Positions 45,700 to 62,405 of a DNA stretch of 64,000 nt are shown here, one piece after another. The position numbers and the translations under genes were made by a program. How positions within the stretch are numbered: position 1 is the first letter of the stretch; each line of letters opens with the position of its first letter. The notes below the pieces were generated by a model. The model had not been told where the DNA came from and did no database searches. It saw only the letters and a list, made by a program, of their open reading frames with translations. The DNA is taken from the NCBI RefSeq assembly GCF_009914755.1, contig NC_060927.1, one strand, 5' to 3'. Source of the DNA: the human T2T-CHM13v2.0 reference genome, Homo sapiens.

Positions 45700-46280
45700 C
45701 TATCAGAGTAGAAGGCAACGTTGGTACCTGAGTCACATCCCCTTAGCCTGCCTCTGGCTTCAGCCAAAGCCACAGGAGGCTGTTGCGTGCAAGTTCAGAA
45801 GCAATTTCAATCTCCTGTGACCCCACCTGAAGTCCACCCATCTCTCTGAATTCTGCCCCAGGGCATTGGGCATTGTCATGGAAGCGCACTTATCTGGCAC
45901 ATGCACCACCCAGAAGTAGGTAAGAGTGTGTGTGTGTGCGTGTGTGCGTGTGTGCATGTGTGTGTATGTGTGTGTGAGAGAGAGAGAGAAAATGCCCCTG
46001 GATCCAGCCTTCAACCAAAGGGGTCTGGTGGCTGAAATATCACCATTCTCCCACCTTTCTGGGTGACTCTGGGAGGCAGTGCATCTGGTCAGGAGGTCCC
46101 AGGGGGACACTGCCCCAATGTTCACGGCTGCCTCCGTGACCTTTACATTGGCCTTTTCTTACTCCCTCTTTTGCTCTTTCTGCCCTCTTGCTCCTGTTAT
46201 CTGGGACTGCCTCCCAAATAAACCCCATGTCCCCAAGTTCTTGTTCCAGGTTCTTCTTTCAGGGAAACTTAAGACGGTCA
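45700..46280 (+). mobile_element. LTR16-like ERVL LTR with internal (TG)n(GA)n at 45926-45988
   Basis: 3' end ctgcctcccaaataaacc...ccaggttcttctttcagggaaacttaagac. Confidence 0.6.
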
Positions 46281-46389
46281 TTTACTTTAGCAAGGACTCC
46301 CTTGGGGCAGCTCCCACAAAACTGACAAAATTTCTAGCTGGCATAACTGAATTTGACAAGAGACAGATTGAGCAGAAATAAACCTCCGA

Positions 46390-46710
46390 AATGCAGTATT
46401 GCACAGGGGTTAAGAGCTTGAGCTTTGGAGTGAGACAGACGTGGGGTCCTGTGGATTCTGCTCATGTCTAGATATGACATTGAACACATTACTTAAACTT
46501 TCTCACACTCCTATTTCCACCGTTTCAAAACAGGCGTGTTGAGTAAGTGTTCTCCAGTTTAGATGCATATAAGAAACCTGGGGTGCTTGTTAAAGAGCAG
46601 ATTCCCAGGCTCCACACTCACAGAGCCTGAGTAACTTGAGCTGTCTTGTCCAGTGTTTGCTAGAGATTCTGGCACAGGTCATCCGTGCACCGCACTTTGA
46701 GGAATGCTAT
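46390..46710. mobile_element. MIR fragment followed by MER5A
   Basis: ggttaagagcttgagctttggagtgagacagac; cctggggtgcttgttaaagagcagattcccaggc. Confidence 0.7.
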
Positions 46711-47411
46711 CCTGGAAGATTATGAAATGATATGGCTTATGTAGGACACTGTGCATGGAGAAGGGGAGAACCTGCTTTGCTGCCTACTAAGCCCTCAATA
46801 AATGGTGGTGGTGAGGATGACAATGACAGTTTGTAGTAATTCTTCCTAAGGCGCCACTTGCAATGACAGTGCTAAGCCTATCGCCTCTAACTGTCCTTCT
46901 CCAGAAAAGGAAAGGGAATTGGGGGAGTAGATAGTGTCTGGGCAACCACACAATGAGACCACAGATACCTGGCAGACCCTGCGTAGGCAGTTCCCAGCCG
47001 TCAGTGCCTGCATGCCAAAACAAGGATATCAGGGTTTAGACAAGGCAAAGAAGCCACTACCTCATGCCCTTGGCTCTGGGGCATCCAGGGAAGGGAGTGC
47101 TGTCTCTCTTACCAGCCGGAGTGGGGGCAACAACTCTCTCCCGAGGTGTGCTGGGAGCTGCTCTTAGCGCAATATTTATCTCACCACGTAAACCAATCTA
47201 GCTGGTTAAAAAAAGCAAGTTTTATTGCATTCTTAGGCGGTGCACTTAGCTGGCTGGTCTCCTATAAAGCCATCTGTGTCTGACGGTAGAAATAACTTAT
47301 CAGCATAAAGCCTGGGAAAATTAGATTAAGAAATCACTGTGTGCTGACAAAGTGGACAGAATAAGTTTAGAAAGGGAAGAGAGGAGACAAAAAAATAAAA
47401 AATCAGGGAGG

Positions 47412-47622
47412 AGGAATGTAGTGGTGTCTGAGCCAAGCTGCAGAGCCAGGCTGCCTGGGTTTGAATCCCAGCTCACTTGCTGTACGAGCTGTGTGACCTG
47501 GGGCAAGTTACTTGACTTCTCTGTGCCTCAATTTGCACACAAGAAGGGGAATTCAGTGAATGAATGTAAGTATTAACAAAGTTCTTAGAACAGTGCCTGG
47601 GAACAGTAAGAACTCAGTAATA
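47412..47622 (+). mobile_element. MIR
   Basis: ctgggtttgaatcccagctc...tgtgacctggggcaagttacttgacttctctgtgcctca...cttagaacagtgcctgg. Confidence 0.9.
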
Positions 47623-47671
47623 TCAAGTTATGATGTAAGACGCCTTTGGGAAGATTGGGATGTGGTCTTTG

Positions 47672-48375
47672 TAGGGCCAAGTGGGCGAAGAGTATGGGGT
47701 ACTCACTGGAAGTGCAGGATTTAAGGGGGTACCACAGAGCTCAGTAATCAAGTAGTATTTTCTTTTTTGTTTTTTTTTTTTTGAGACGGAGTCTTGCTCT
47801 GTCACTAGGCTGGAGTGCAGTGGCATGATCTCGGCTCACTGCCGAGAACCTCTTCCTCCCTGGTTCAAGCGATTCCTGCTCAGCCTCCCCAGTAGCTGGG
47901 ACTACAGGCGTTCACCACCACGCCTGGCTAATTTTTTGTATTTTAGTGGAGAAGGGGTTTTACCATGTTGGCCAGGATGGTCTCGATTTCCTGACCTCGT
48001 CATCCGCCTGCCTCAGCCTCCAAAGTGCTGGGATTACAGGCCTGAGCCACCGCGCCCGGCCTGATAAGTAGTACTTTCTTATAATATTTTAAAAACATCA
48101 GACTCCATGTTGAACAAAATTTTAAATAATGACATGATCTGACCCTACAAGCGTGCGCCCTGCCTCACTTGGGTTACCCTAATCCTGGCCCTGGACTTCC
48201 AACAAAGCTATATTAACACAAACAGGTGGCTGACACAAGAGCCATAGTTTAATGACTTGATTTTAAAAATATTATTGCCTTAAAATAATCTGAATTTTGA
48301 GTTTTTGGCCCCTCTCCCTTAAATTTTACAGCTCAGGTGAATGCCTCCCTTGTCTCATGCTATTTCTAGCCCTGG
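47672..48375. mobile_element. MER96-like hAT fossils: one copy split by an Alu, plus a partial copy on the opposite strand at 48240-48375
   Basis: atttaagggggtacc...ctcagtaatcaag; ends ccctaatcctggccctg and tttctagccctg. Confidence 0.5.
47762..48061 (-). mobile_element. AluS, indel-rich
   Basis: Antisense Alu; TSD aagtagta(t/c)tttctt. Confidence 0.94.
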
Positions 48376-49598
48376 ATGTTTTCTTTCTCTAAGAATCTCA
48401 GAAAATCTAAATCATACACTGACCTCAGAACTCTAGGGGCTAAGAGTTTCCCAATTAGCTGGAGGATGTAGAATAGGAATCGATTGTGCATGTGACACTT
48501 TGGGATAGTGCCAGGCTTCAGGAATTGCTCCAGGGTCACCTTAAGGCTAAATTCCCAAGCCCAGGAAAAAAAAAAAAATCTGTTTTCTCATTCTCTCCTT
48601 CCACCCACAAAGCATATTTGTGAAATTAAACTAAATGAAGGGGGAAAGGAAGGGCAAAGGGCAGGAGACGGCTAGGTGGAAAATCTCAGGTCCCAGAGTT
48701 GCTGCCTTTTTCTTTGTTGTTTTAACCTTCTCAGTGCTCTTCAAAAGAAGGCATTTGTCAGTGACACTATCAACTTTAGTGCCCTCCGTGTTTATGGCTT
48801 TGGATTTAATAGCAAAGACATAAACATATACTTTTCATCCATTTTCACCATTACTCGCTCAGCTCAGACAACAGCTACGATTATCACAACCCTTCGGAGG
48901 GAGCTATTATGGGTCCTGTGGTTTATCCTTGCCCTAGCAGAGCCATAAAGGACAGCGCCTGGGTGTGCAGAGACACACCATTAACACATCCCAGTCATTG
49001 TCAAAGGCCCCCACCCCATTTGTTAGGATTAATCTTCTCTTTTCAAGGCCTAAAGTCAACCCGTTTTACCTCTCCCCTGACAGTTGCTTGTAAGTTGCAG
49101 TGGATGCATATAAAATGCAGACTATGAACTGACCTTTCTTGAGGGCAAATATGTTAGGGGTTGCCTTGGAATTTTTTTTCCCTGGCTCTTTGGTGGCAGT
49201 ACTGGCACTTTGGCCATTGTCTAGGGCCAGAAAGCCACCAATGTAACCACTCGCTCCAGAGAGCCAGGGAGGAAATGTCCGTTCTCTCTGATTTATCTGC
49301 CAGCGGCCAGTGTGATCTGAGCTAGGCCACTTACCCAGCCTGGGCCTGGGGCCTTGTGTCTGAACGGAGTGGGTTTGATGTCAAAGGCACTTCCAATCTG
49401 GGAAGGCTGTAAGGCTGGGATTAAGGGCCAGGCTGGAGGGAGGGAGAGGTGTGAACACTGTGTCCCGTTTCAGTAGCCCGAAAGTTGTGCTTTCAGATTT
49501 TGTGGCTTTGTAGAGTCTCCAGGAACTCAAAGAATCCTTCAGCTATTTAAACTGATGTGAAGTAAAGTATGTAAATGACTCAAAAAGGAAAATCTAAT

Positions 49599-49627
49599 CC
49601 ACACACACACAGAGAGAGAGAGAGAGA
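49599..49627 (+). repeat. Compound (CA)n(GA)n microsatellite
   Basis: Read directly. Confidence 0.9.
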
Positions 49628-50732
49628 AAGCAACCATCCTATCGTAATGAGGAAATTCTGACACAGCAAAACAAGGGTTAATTTTCAATTCTTTCTATGC
49701 CAGTCTTTGGCATGGGGGCTTGCTTCTTCCTATTAATGTGAATTTTGTGATGTCTTGGAGGTTATAGAAACTACTAAGTAGTTATTTTTAAAGTATTCAA
49801 GTTATTAAAGTTATACTCTAATTTTTCCTCAAACTTTTAACTCTAATTTATAAATCTCATTATCATATTTATATAAATCTCACATTTTAACAATCTCATT
49901 AAAGGAGACTTTGCCATTGGAGGTTATTTAACTGAGTTAATTCTTTCTAAACATTTTAAACTGCATTTATTAGCAGACTATATTTAATTTCCTTTTTAAG
50001 AACTTTGGTTTACTGTAGTTGTACGAGTGTTTAGAACTTTCCATGTGCTTTATTAATTCTTATAACTCTAATAAGTTGAACTATGTCAATATGGTGAGCA
50101 TTAAGGTCTCTTAAATGTTGCAATATTGTTTTTAAAATAGATTGCAACTTAAGTATTGCAAGCCTAAATCTGTTACTCAAATACAGATTTCAAACTGGCA
50201 TTTATAAGGATGATTGATTAACTCAATCAGGCAAAGTTCTCCATATCAGAAAAGAAATGAGCATAGATTCTCTAATGCAAAAATATTAAATGGCTTTGTT
50301 GCTCATAAATATTTCTTTACTTAATTCTAAATATTTATTTAAAAGATACCAGGAAACAGATGTCCTTTCAATAATGTGGGGGCCACCTTTTCAAATGTAT
50401 TTGAGCTCATTTTCTCAGGTGTCTGAAGTTTCTGAAAGAGCAGAGATACCAGCTAGAATGCAGATTAGATTTATATCATGGCCCTGATAGACACAGCTCT
50501 GCAAAATTGTTAGTCTATACCGGGGTCTCCGTAACTCAGCCCACTGGTCATACAGATCCACACAGACTGTATTGAATTTTGTAATTCTCTGACCTTTAAA
50601 ATATTTGAACTTTGCAGACCTCTGTCCTTAAAAATCCTATGTATTTTTCTGTTTGCAGAATCAAATTCTTACTGATATTACAGTTATATCCGATTGGCTT
50701 CTGTATATCACAAGGCTATATTTGTGCACAAA

Positions 50733-51200
50733 TGTTCTTATGGGTTGAATCATATCTCCCAAAAAAGATATGTTGAAGTCCTAACCCCAGTACCCTGGAA
50801 TGTGATCTTATTTGGGGATAGGGTCTTTACAGAGGTGATCAACTTGGAATGAGGTCTGTAGGATGGCTCTAATCCTATACGACTGGAGTTCTTATAAAAA
50901 GGGGGAAATCTGGACACAGAGACAGACATGCGCAGCAGGAAGACTGCGTGGAGGTGGCCAGGTGGTGTGGGGATTGGGATTGGAGTGTTGTATCTTCACG
51001 CCAAGGAACACCTGAGGCTACCAGGTGGTGGGAGAGAGGCATAGAATGGAGTCTTCCCCAGCACCTTCAGAGGGAGCGGGGCCCTGACACCACCTTGACT
51101 TTGAACTTCTGGCCTCCAGAACAATGAAACAATAAATTTCTGTTGTTTTAAGCCACTCAAGTTTGTGGCACATTGTTATGGTAGCCCTAGGAAATGATCC
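50733..51200 (+). mobile_element. MLT1B/C-like LTR
   Basis: tatgggttgaatcatatctcccaaaaaagatatgttgaagtcctaacccc...caataaatttctgttgttttaagccac. Confidence 0.9.
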
Positions 51201-51209
51201 AAGTACTGA

Positions 51210-51557
<348 letters not shown>

Positions 51558-51639
51558 CCAATTGGAAGGTTTTTAAACCTTAGCTTTAGAGTACGTTGAC
51601 TCCATATTGTTTTCAAAAATGCCCTTCGGGTTCTTCAGG

Positions 51640-52062
51640 TGAGTTCTTACCTCAAGGCATTTGCCCTTGGTGTCCTTCAGCCATGGAGCACCCTGCCCCA
51701 GTTCTTGTAACCGTCTCCTCTGATGTCACCTCCTTTGAGAGGCCTTCTCCGACCATCCCCTCTGTCTCCTCTGGAACAGCAGTGCTCACTATTAGGCTGA
51801 TGCAAAAGTAATTGTGGTTTTCGCCATTAAAAGTAATGGCGAAACCTAGTATCATGCTTTATGGATTTTTTAGCACCCTGCACAGTCTAAGATTGCCTTG
51901 TCCAGATATTTGTGGATCATCCATTTGTTCTCTTGTCCCCTACCCAACTAGGACACATGCTTCAGGAGGCTAAAGACCTTGTTTGAGCTATTTCCTGCCA
52001 TATCCCTGGTGTCTAGAACAGTGCCTGGCACGTGATAAACTCCTGATTAATAAGTATTTAAT
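51640..52062 (+). mobile_element. L2 3' fragment interrupted by MADE1
   Basis: cctcaaggcatttgccct...gtcacctcctttgagaggccttc...tagaacagtgcctggcac. Confidence 0.7.
51790..51852. mobile_element. MADE1 (Hsmar1 MITE), right TIR largely deleted
   Basis: TA + ttaggctgatgcaaaagtaattgtggttttcgccattaaaagtaatggcgaaacc. Confidence 0.85.
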
Positions 52063-52086
52063 GGCCAAGTCCAGAGCAAGTTCTAG

Positions 52087-52530
<444 letters not shown>

Positions 52531-52789
52531 TTCTTTCTCCTTTTATTCCCTCTTCCCTGGAAGATCTCAGTGGAAAACCCCTTCCTTCTTCTGACCCTCC
52601 CTCCCTCTTTTTCTTTCTTCATCCCTTCCCATTTCTTTGGAAAACCTCCATGGAAAATCTATCTCCCTCTCTCTCCCTCTCTTTCTCCCTCACTTCCTTC
52701 CTCTTGCCTTCCCTTTCTTCCTCCTCCCTTCCTTTTTTCCACCCTACTTCTACTTATACCTTCTACTTGCTACTTCTCCTTATACCTCC

Positions 52790-53150
52790 ATCCATCACAT
52801 CTTTTTGAAGTATCTGCTGTGTCATAGGCACTGTGTAGCATGTAGTACTCAGCAAGAGAGCTGTGTGCCCTGTCCTTATGGAATTTCCAATCAGGCGTGA
52901 CAGACATTAAACACATTGTTACCACTTCTGTAAATATTAAGAAAGAAAACTCCAAGGTGCTCTGCATGTTTACAATGGGGGACCTCCCTTAGTCTGGACG
53001 GTGAGTGTGAATGTCAAAGCTTCTCTAAGGAGGTAACATCTTATCTAGAACCTAAAAGAAGAGAAGTTACTAGGGAAAGAGGGGGCAGGGGCAGGGGATT
53101 CTAGAAAATGAAATAGCATATTCAAAGACCCTGAGTGCGAAAGAATATTC
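52790..53150 (-). mobile_element. L2 fragment
   Basis: tgtgtcataggcactgtg...tgccctgtccttatggaattt...gcatattcaaagaccctgag. Confidence 0.65.
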
Positions 53151-53534
53151 TGGAAAAAAAAAGACATTTGTGTGATTGGGTGTTTGTACAGTTGTCAAGT
53201 GAAGGTCATCTCCTAACACACACTTACACAGCTGGGCAGGGTGTCAGTTGGCATAGCCTACCTGGAGGTGGTATCTCTCAAACTGCAAAATGATGCTGTA
53301 CTTCCACTTGTGAGATTGCAAAATAATGAAATAATTGACCAAATGTGCAAATATGGTTCTATTAGGAAGTTTAGTTCAGTGCTGGTTATAATAGTCAGAC
53401 ACTGGCAACAAATTAAATGGCCTTTCTCATGGCCTAATTGAGTATATGGTGTATCCATGTGATGGTGTACTATTCATTTGTGAAAAATGATAAAGCACAT
53501 AGTTATTCATCAACATGGAAAAATGTCCCTCAGT

Positions 53535-56222
<2,688 letters not shown>

Positions 56223-56599
56223 TGAAAATGTCCACAAGACCTCTTCTGGGGGAAAAAGAATGTTACAGAAATTGTGTTCCTGTTTTTGTTAATAAACAGA
56301 AAAGCATATGCCAGCTTCCAAGAAAATATAGAAATGCTTTTTAAAGTGTTTTCCTGTGCAAGAAACTTCATAGCTTGCTCTCACTAAGGCATGAGGAAAA
56401 AACAAAAAGACTGCTTTTGTGAGGATTTAGATGGTCACTTGCCGTGACATAAGGACCAAGGCAGAGTGCCCTCACAAGGCCACTCTCTCTCATACAATTG
56501 GTTTTAGGACTGTCTTTGTACCCCTAAAAGAAAATCCAAAAATCTTCACTTGTTTATTTGAAGTGGTACCCTCCACAATGAGTACTCAGCAGGCCACAT

Positions 56600-57070
56600 A
56601 GATTTTGGTTGAGAGCACTGGCCTTGGAGTCCTGAGTGTGTATCCAGCTCTGTTGCTTGCTATGCATGAGACTTGGAACAAGTCACTCAGCCTTGCAGAA
56701 GCTTGGCATCCTCACCTGTGCAAAGGCACACAACCTCAGAGGGGTTCCTAAGAGCCAGGGGACGTTCAAGAGCTTGGCTCAATGCTTGGCACATATTAGA
56801 GTGCTTGATAAATCTAGACAGATTGTTACTAACTGCTTCCAGGCACTTGACAGGTTCCCCTCAATTTTACTTGGCTTTTCCATCCTTTGGGGACCACGCT
56901 GAAAGGAAAATGGTGTAGTGAGAAAAGCACTGGACTGTAAGCAAAGAACTGGGTTTCTCTACCCTTGTTTTTCCATAAATCCTCTGTATGACCTTCAGTA
57001 CCACTTAGTCCTACTGTTTCTTTAACTTTAAGGAAAGTTAAGTTAGACTGGGAAAACTTCTGTGTCTCTA
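56600..57070 (+). mobile_element. Two MIR fragments
   Basis: gagagcactggccttggagtc...; ggtgtagtgagaaaagcactggactg. Confidence 0.65.
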
Positions 57071-58328
57071 ATTCTGTGACTGCATGGTCTAAGGACCAGA
57101 TAAAACCTATTTGACTATCTAGTTCCACCTTACAGGTAGAGGTCGGTTATCTGTGTGCCCTAGGCTAGAAGGGATCACTGGGGGACTAATAACAAAGAAT
57201 TCTGTTTCTATTTGCTTCCTGATCTTGTTGCACTGGCTGATAGGCCTGCAGAAGGCTGTTATCAACAATTTATGGTCACCTGAATGCCATGCTCTTATCA
57301 GCAGAGCTAATCACATTTTAAGCTCTCTGAGTTTTTCTGCTTCGAATAATTGCTTGCTTTTACTGCCTAACAAATCTTTAAGTGATAGTTTGATTCTTTG
57401 GTGTGGGAGAACGGGTGGATAGTTCTGGAAAACTCCAGCTATTTCTGCCCCAGGGAGAAACCCATTAGGAAAAAAATGGCAGCAACACACTTTACTTTTC
57501 TTTGCAGGGTGCTGTGGGCCTTGGCTCTGGCTGAGTCTGGTTAGATGTTGGTGACATTGCTTTCTCTTGTGTGTCTCTTTTATTATTTTTTGATATTCGT
57601 AAAGTACCTTGTTATATTAAACACTAACACTTCCCATGTAGTTTAATCCAATGTGTCCATAATCTTTTCAGAATATGGAACCCTTTTGTAAATAATAACA
57701 CTCCCTGGCATATTGGTGAACTAATATTTTGAAAAGAGTCAAGATTGTGCGTTGGCCCCTTGAGCAGAGTTGAACCCTAAACTGTAGCTTCTATTTAGAA
57801 GGACCCTTGTAGAGGGTTCTGGATTTGACTACCAAGCGCCCAGCTAAGATGCAACTGTATGAGTTCTCTTTGTTGAGGCTCACTCATTCTCCTGCCTTCC
57901 CTACCAGATTGTGTGCACCTTTTGGGGAGCTGTGAGAGATCTCTCTCCCCTGCCTCTTGGGCCTTTTTATAGCTGGGCCAGGCTTCTGGAATCAGATGTG
58001 AGGGATGTAGAACCTCCTCTTAGACAGCCCTCTTCCTATTCTGCAGAACTGAGGTAGGCCAGTGCTCAAGTAGATGTTCCGGTCTCTAAAATCTTCTAAC
58101 AATGGAAACCTAAGTCCTCTGCTTCCTGCCAGGAGACTTGACATTCCCTGTCTCTACCCCAGCAGGCTCCAGCCTCTTCCCCCACATATTGACCCAGGGG
58201 TGGTACCTGTGCCAGGCACTTTGAAACTGGCTCTGATTTTATTTCATTTTTTAAAAATAGGCACTCATAAATACAGGCAATGACCCTATCTAGAGAAACC
58301 GAGAAGAATGATAAGAAACTTTAGAATA

Positions 58329-58635
58329 GGCTGGGTGCAGTGGCTCACGCCTAAAATCCCAGCATTTTGGGAGGCCAAGGTGGGCTGGTCACTTGAGGCC
58401 AGGAGTTCGAGACCAGCCTGAGTAAGATGGCAAAACCCTGTCTTTACAATAAATTACAATAAATTTACAATAAATTAGCTGGGTGAGGGGGATTATGCCT
58501 GTAGTCCCAGCTACGAGGGGGATCGATTGAGCCTGGGAGGTCAAGGGAGGTCAAGGCAGTTGCATCACTGCACTCCAGCCTAGGCAACAGATTGAGACCC
58601 TGTCTCAAAAAAACAAAGAAACAAAAAAACAAACA
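58329..58635 (+). mobile_element. AluJ-like
   Basis: cacttgaggccaggagttcg and ttgagcctgggaggtcaagg (J diagnostics); diverged tail. Confidence 0.92.
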
Positions 58636-58691
58636 GAAAACCACTTCGGAATAAACAGAGGCCAAGGCAGCATTTTGCCCCATCCTCTGTT

Positions 58692-59145
58692 TGAGTATTA
58701 GTTGGTGAGGGCTACCATAACAAAGTAGTATAAACTGGTTGGCTTATGTAACAGAAATTTATTCTGTTGCAGTTCTGAAGGCCAGCAGGCTTAGATCAAG
58801 GTGTTGGCAGGGTTGGTTCCCTCTGAGGCCTGGGGGAAGAATCTGTTGCATGCCTCTCTCCTCGCTCCCGGTGGTTTGCTGGCAAGATCTGGTGTTCACT
58901 GGCTTGCAGACACCTTCCTTTGGTCTCTGCCTTCCTCTTCATGTGGTGTCCTGTGTGTGTGAGTCTGTCTCCAAATTTCCCCTTTTTATAAGGATATCAG
59001 TGATATTAGGTTAGAGCCCCTCCTAATAACTACATTGTAACTTGTCTACCACTGCAAAGACCCTATTTCCAAATAAGGTCACATTCTGAGGCATGGGGGT
59101 TAGGATTCCAACATATGAATTTGGAAAGGGGGCACAATTCACTTA
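58692..59145 (-). mobile_element. MLT1B/C-like LTR
   Basis: gtattagttggtgagggctaccataacaaagta...ccctatttccaaataaggtcacattctgagg. Confidence 0.88.
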
Positions 59146-59251
59146 ATAATATTGAGCATTGGTGATCACCAGAAGGGTGATGATACCACAGCATCTCCCA
59201 CTCCTCATGGAAAGCTGGAGGAAGGGAGCTGTAGACCCTTCCTTGATATGA

Positions 59252-59982
<731 letters not shown>

Positions 59983-60009
59983 AACACTGTTATTTTAGCA
60001 GAGCAAACA

Positions 60010-60448
60010 CAATAAGTTGAAAGCCTTAATAGATCAAAATTGCTGATCATCACTCAAGTAAGAGTTCTTTCTGCCCTGATGGCCTTTGGACTGGGACATC
60101 AGCTTTTTTCTTGCCTTCAGACTGAAGCTTGAAATATAGCTTATCCTGGGTCTTGAGCAACGGCTGCTTTGGGACTGGAATTACACTGGAGAGGACCCAG
60201 ACATCTCCTGGGTCTCTGTCTTGCTGACTCATCCTGAAGCTGTTGGGACTTGCTTGCCTCTATATCTGTGCAAGCCAATTCCATGTAATATACTATTTCC
60301 AATAAATGTTTTGGAAACATTTATATGTATTACATATATATGTGTGTGTGTGTATATATATGTTTTAATATGTATGTATGTGTATATACACACACATACA
60401 CACACATTCTATTCGTTCTGTTTCTCTGGGGAAACCTAACCAATACAT
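60010..60448 (+). mobile_element. MLT2-like ERVL LTR with TA/TG/CA simple repeat
   Basis: tgatggcctttggactgggacatcagc...ttctgtttctctggggaaacctaaccaataca. Confidence 0.8.
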
Positions 60449-60456
60449 GGTCTAAG

Positions 60457-61139
<683 letters not shown>

Positions 61140-62217
61140 TATTGTGGGTATCTTAATATCAACGGCATGATTATTTTTTGCCCTTTTAAAAAAATCTCTT
61201 AATATTTGGCGGTATTTTTTCACGTTAAAAATGAAATCAAGGAAATTTTCCCAGTGGGTATAATTTAGAATAAAGCCTGCATTTTCTCCTAGCTGCCTTG
61301 TCCACATTTCTTTGGCTGACTGGCTTTGTGCATAGCCTGGCCTGGCCTGGGTCTGAATGATGTCATCTGCATCGGGCTGGACTTGGCTCCAGCTCCCTTG
61401 CTCTGGCTCCAGGAGGCTTGAATCACTACAGTGGAGTTTCTCACTGCTTTTTCTCCTGTGCTGCCTTTCATCTGCTCTTTGTGTTGCCATTTTGAATTTT
61501 TCTTGGAACAGTCTTTGTTTATTGTCTTGAAATGACGAGGACTGGGCTAGCTTCAGAATAAACTGTCGAAAGTCAGAACTCCTGGCATGGCGCTCCTCCA
61601 TGTTATGCCAGTTTTCCTTCCTTGCTCGCTGGGAGACACCTGGGAACCCCTTTGTCCAAGGTCGCTGAGAGTTCATCCTGACGGGAGAACAAGCCAGGCT
61701 CTGTGAATGATGCCCGTGTCTGCAGCGTGGCCCTGGTTGGTGGCTTCACATATGTAGAGCCAAACAAGAAAGGCAATTGTGTTCGGGGAAAAGACAAGTT
61801 TTTAACCAGATAGTTGAGCTAAGAGGATACGTACTCTGTTCCTTGGATAGTTAAGACTCCGGGTCCCAGGGTCAGAAATTGGACTCTTGATCTGCAAAGG
61901 GTGGCTTGCCAGGCAGTCTGCTCCTGAAGAAAGTTCTTTCCCCAAGGTTTTGCATTTGCTGCTTTAGTCAGCCTGGAATATTCTTCTTCAGACTCACTGC
62001 GACGATTTCTCCAACTTTTGGTCTAAGCTTAAATATTCAGAGAATTCTCGGATAACCCAACTTAAAGTACCCACCTTGGTTCCATCCAATTGCTTGTTCA
62101 TCTTTTTAACATATTTTACAAAGTGCCTATTATGTCTAGGAATTGTTCTAAGGACTGACAGGAGGTTCAACGATGGGGGGCGGGGGGGGGGACCAGTCGA
62201 AACCCCTGCTTAGTTTG

Positions 62218-62405
62218 AGTATTTCTCAAACTGTAGCCTGTATCCATTTGCGTCATCTGGAGGCTTGGGAAAACAGATTGCTAGTCCCCCTCCCCTGAGG
62301 GTCTGAATCAGTGGGTCTGGGGCAGGACGTGATGGTTTGCCTTGCCAGCAATATCCCAGGTTATGCTGGTGCTCGGGCCCAGGAACCCAACTTTGAGAAC
62401 AGTTG
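62218..62405. mobile_element. MER5A
   Basis: agtatttctcaaact...tctgaatcagtgggtctggggcagga...actttgagaac. Confidence 0.75.

Noticed and set aside
45380-47135. CTCF-like motifs (e.g. ctgcagaggggagc, ggagtgggggca)
   Set aside because: Several mismatches at core positions by eye
57488-57545. Possible 32-nt micro-exon (ctttgcAG ... GTTAGA)
   Set aside because: Weak donor, not frame-preserving, no other support
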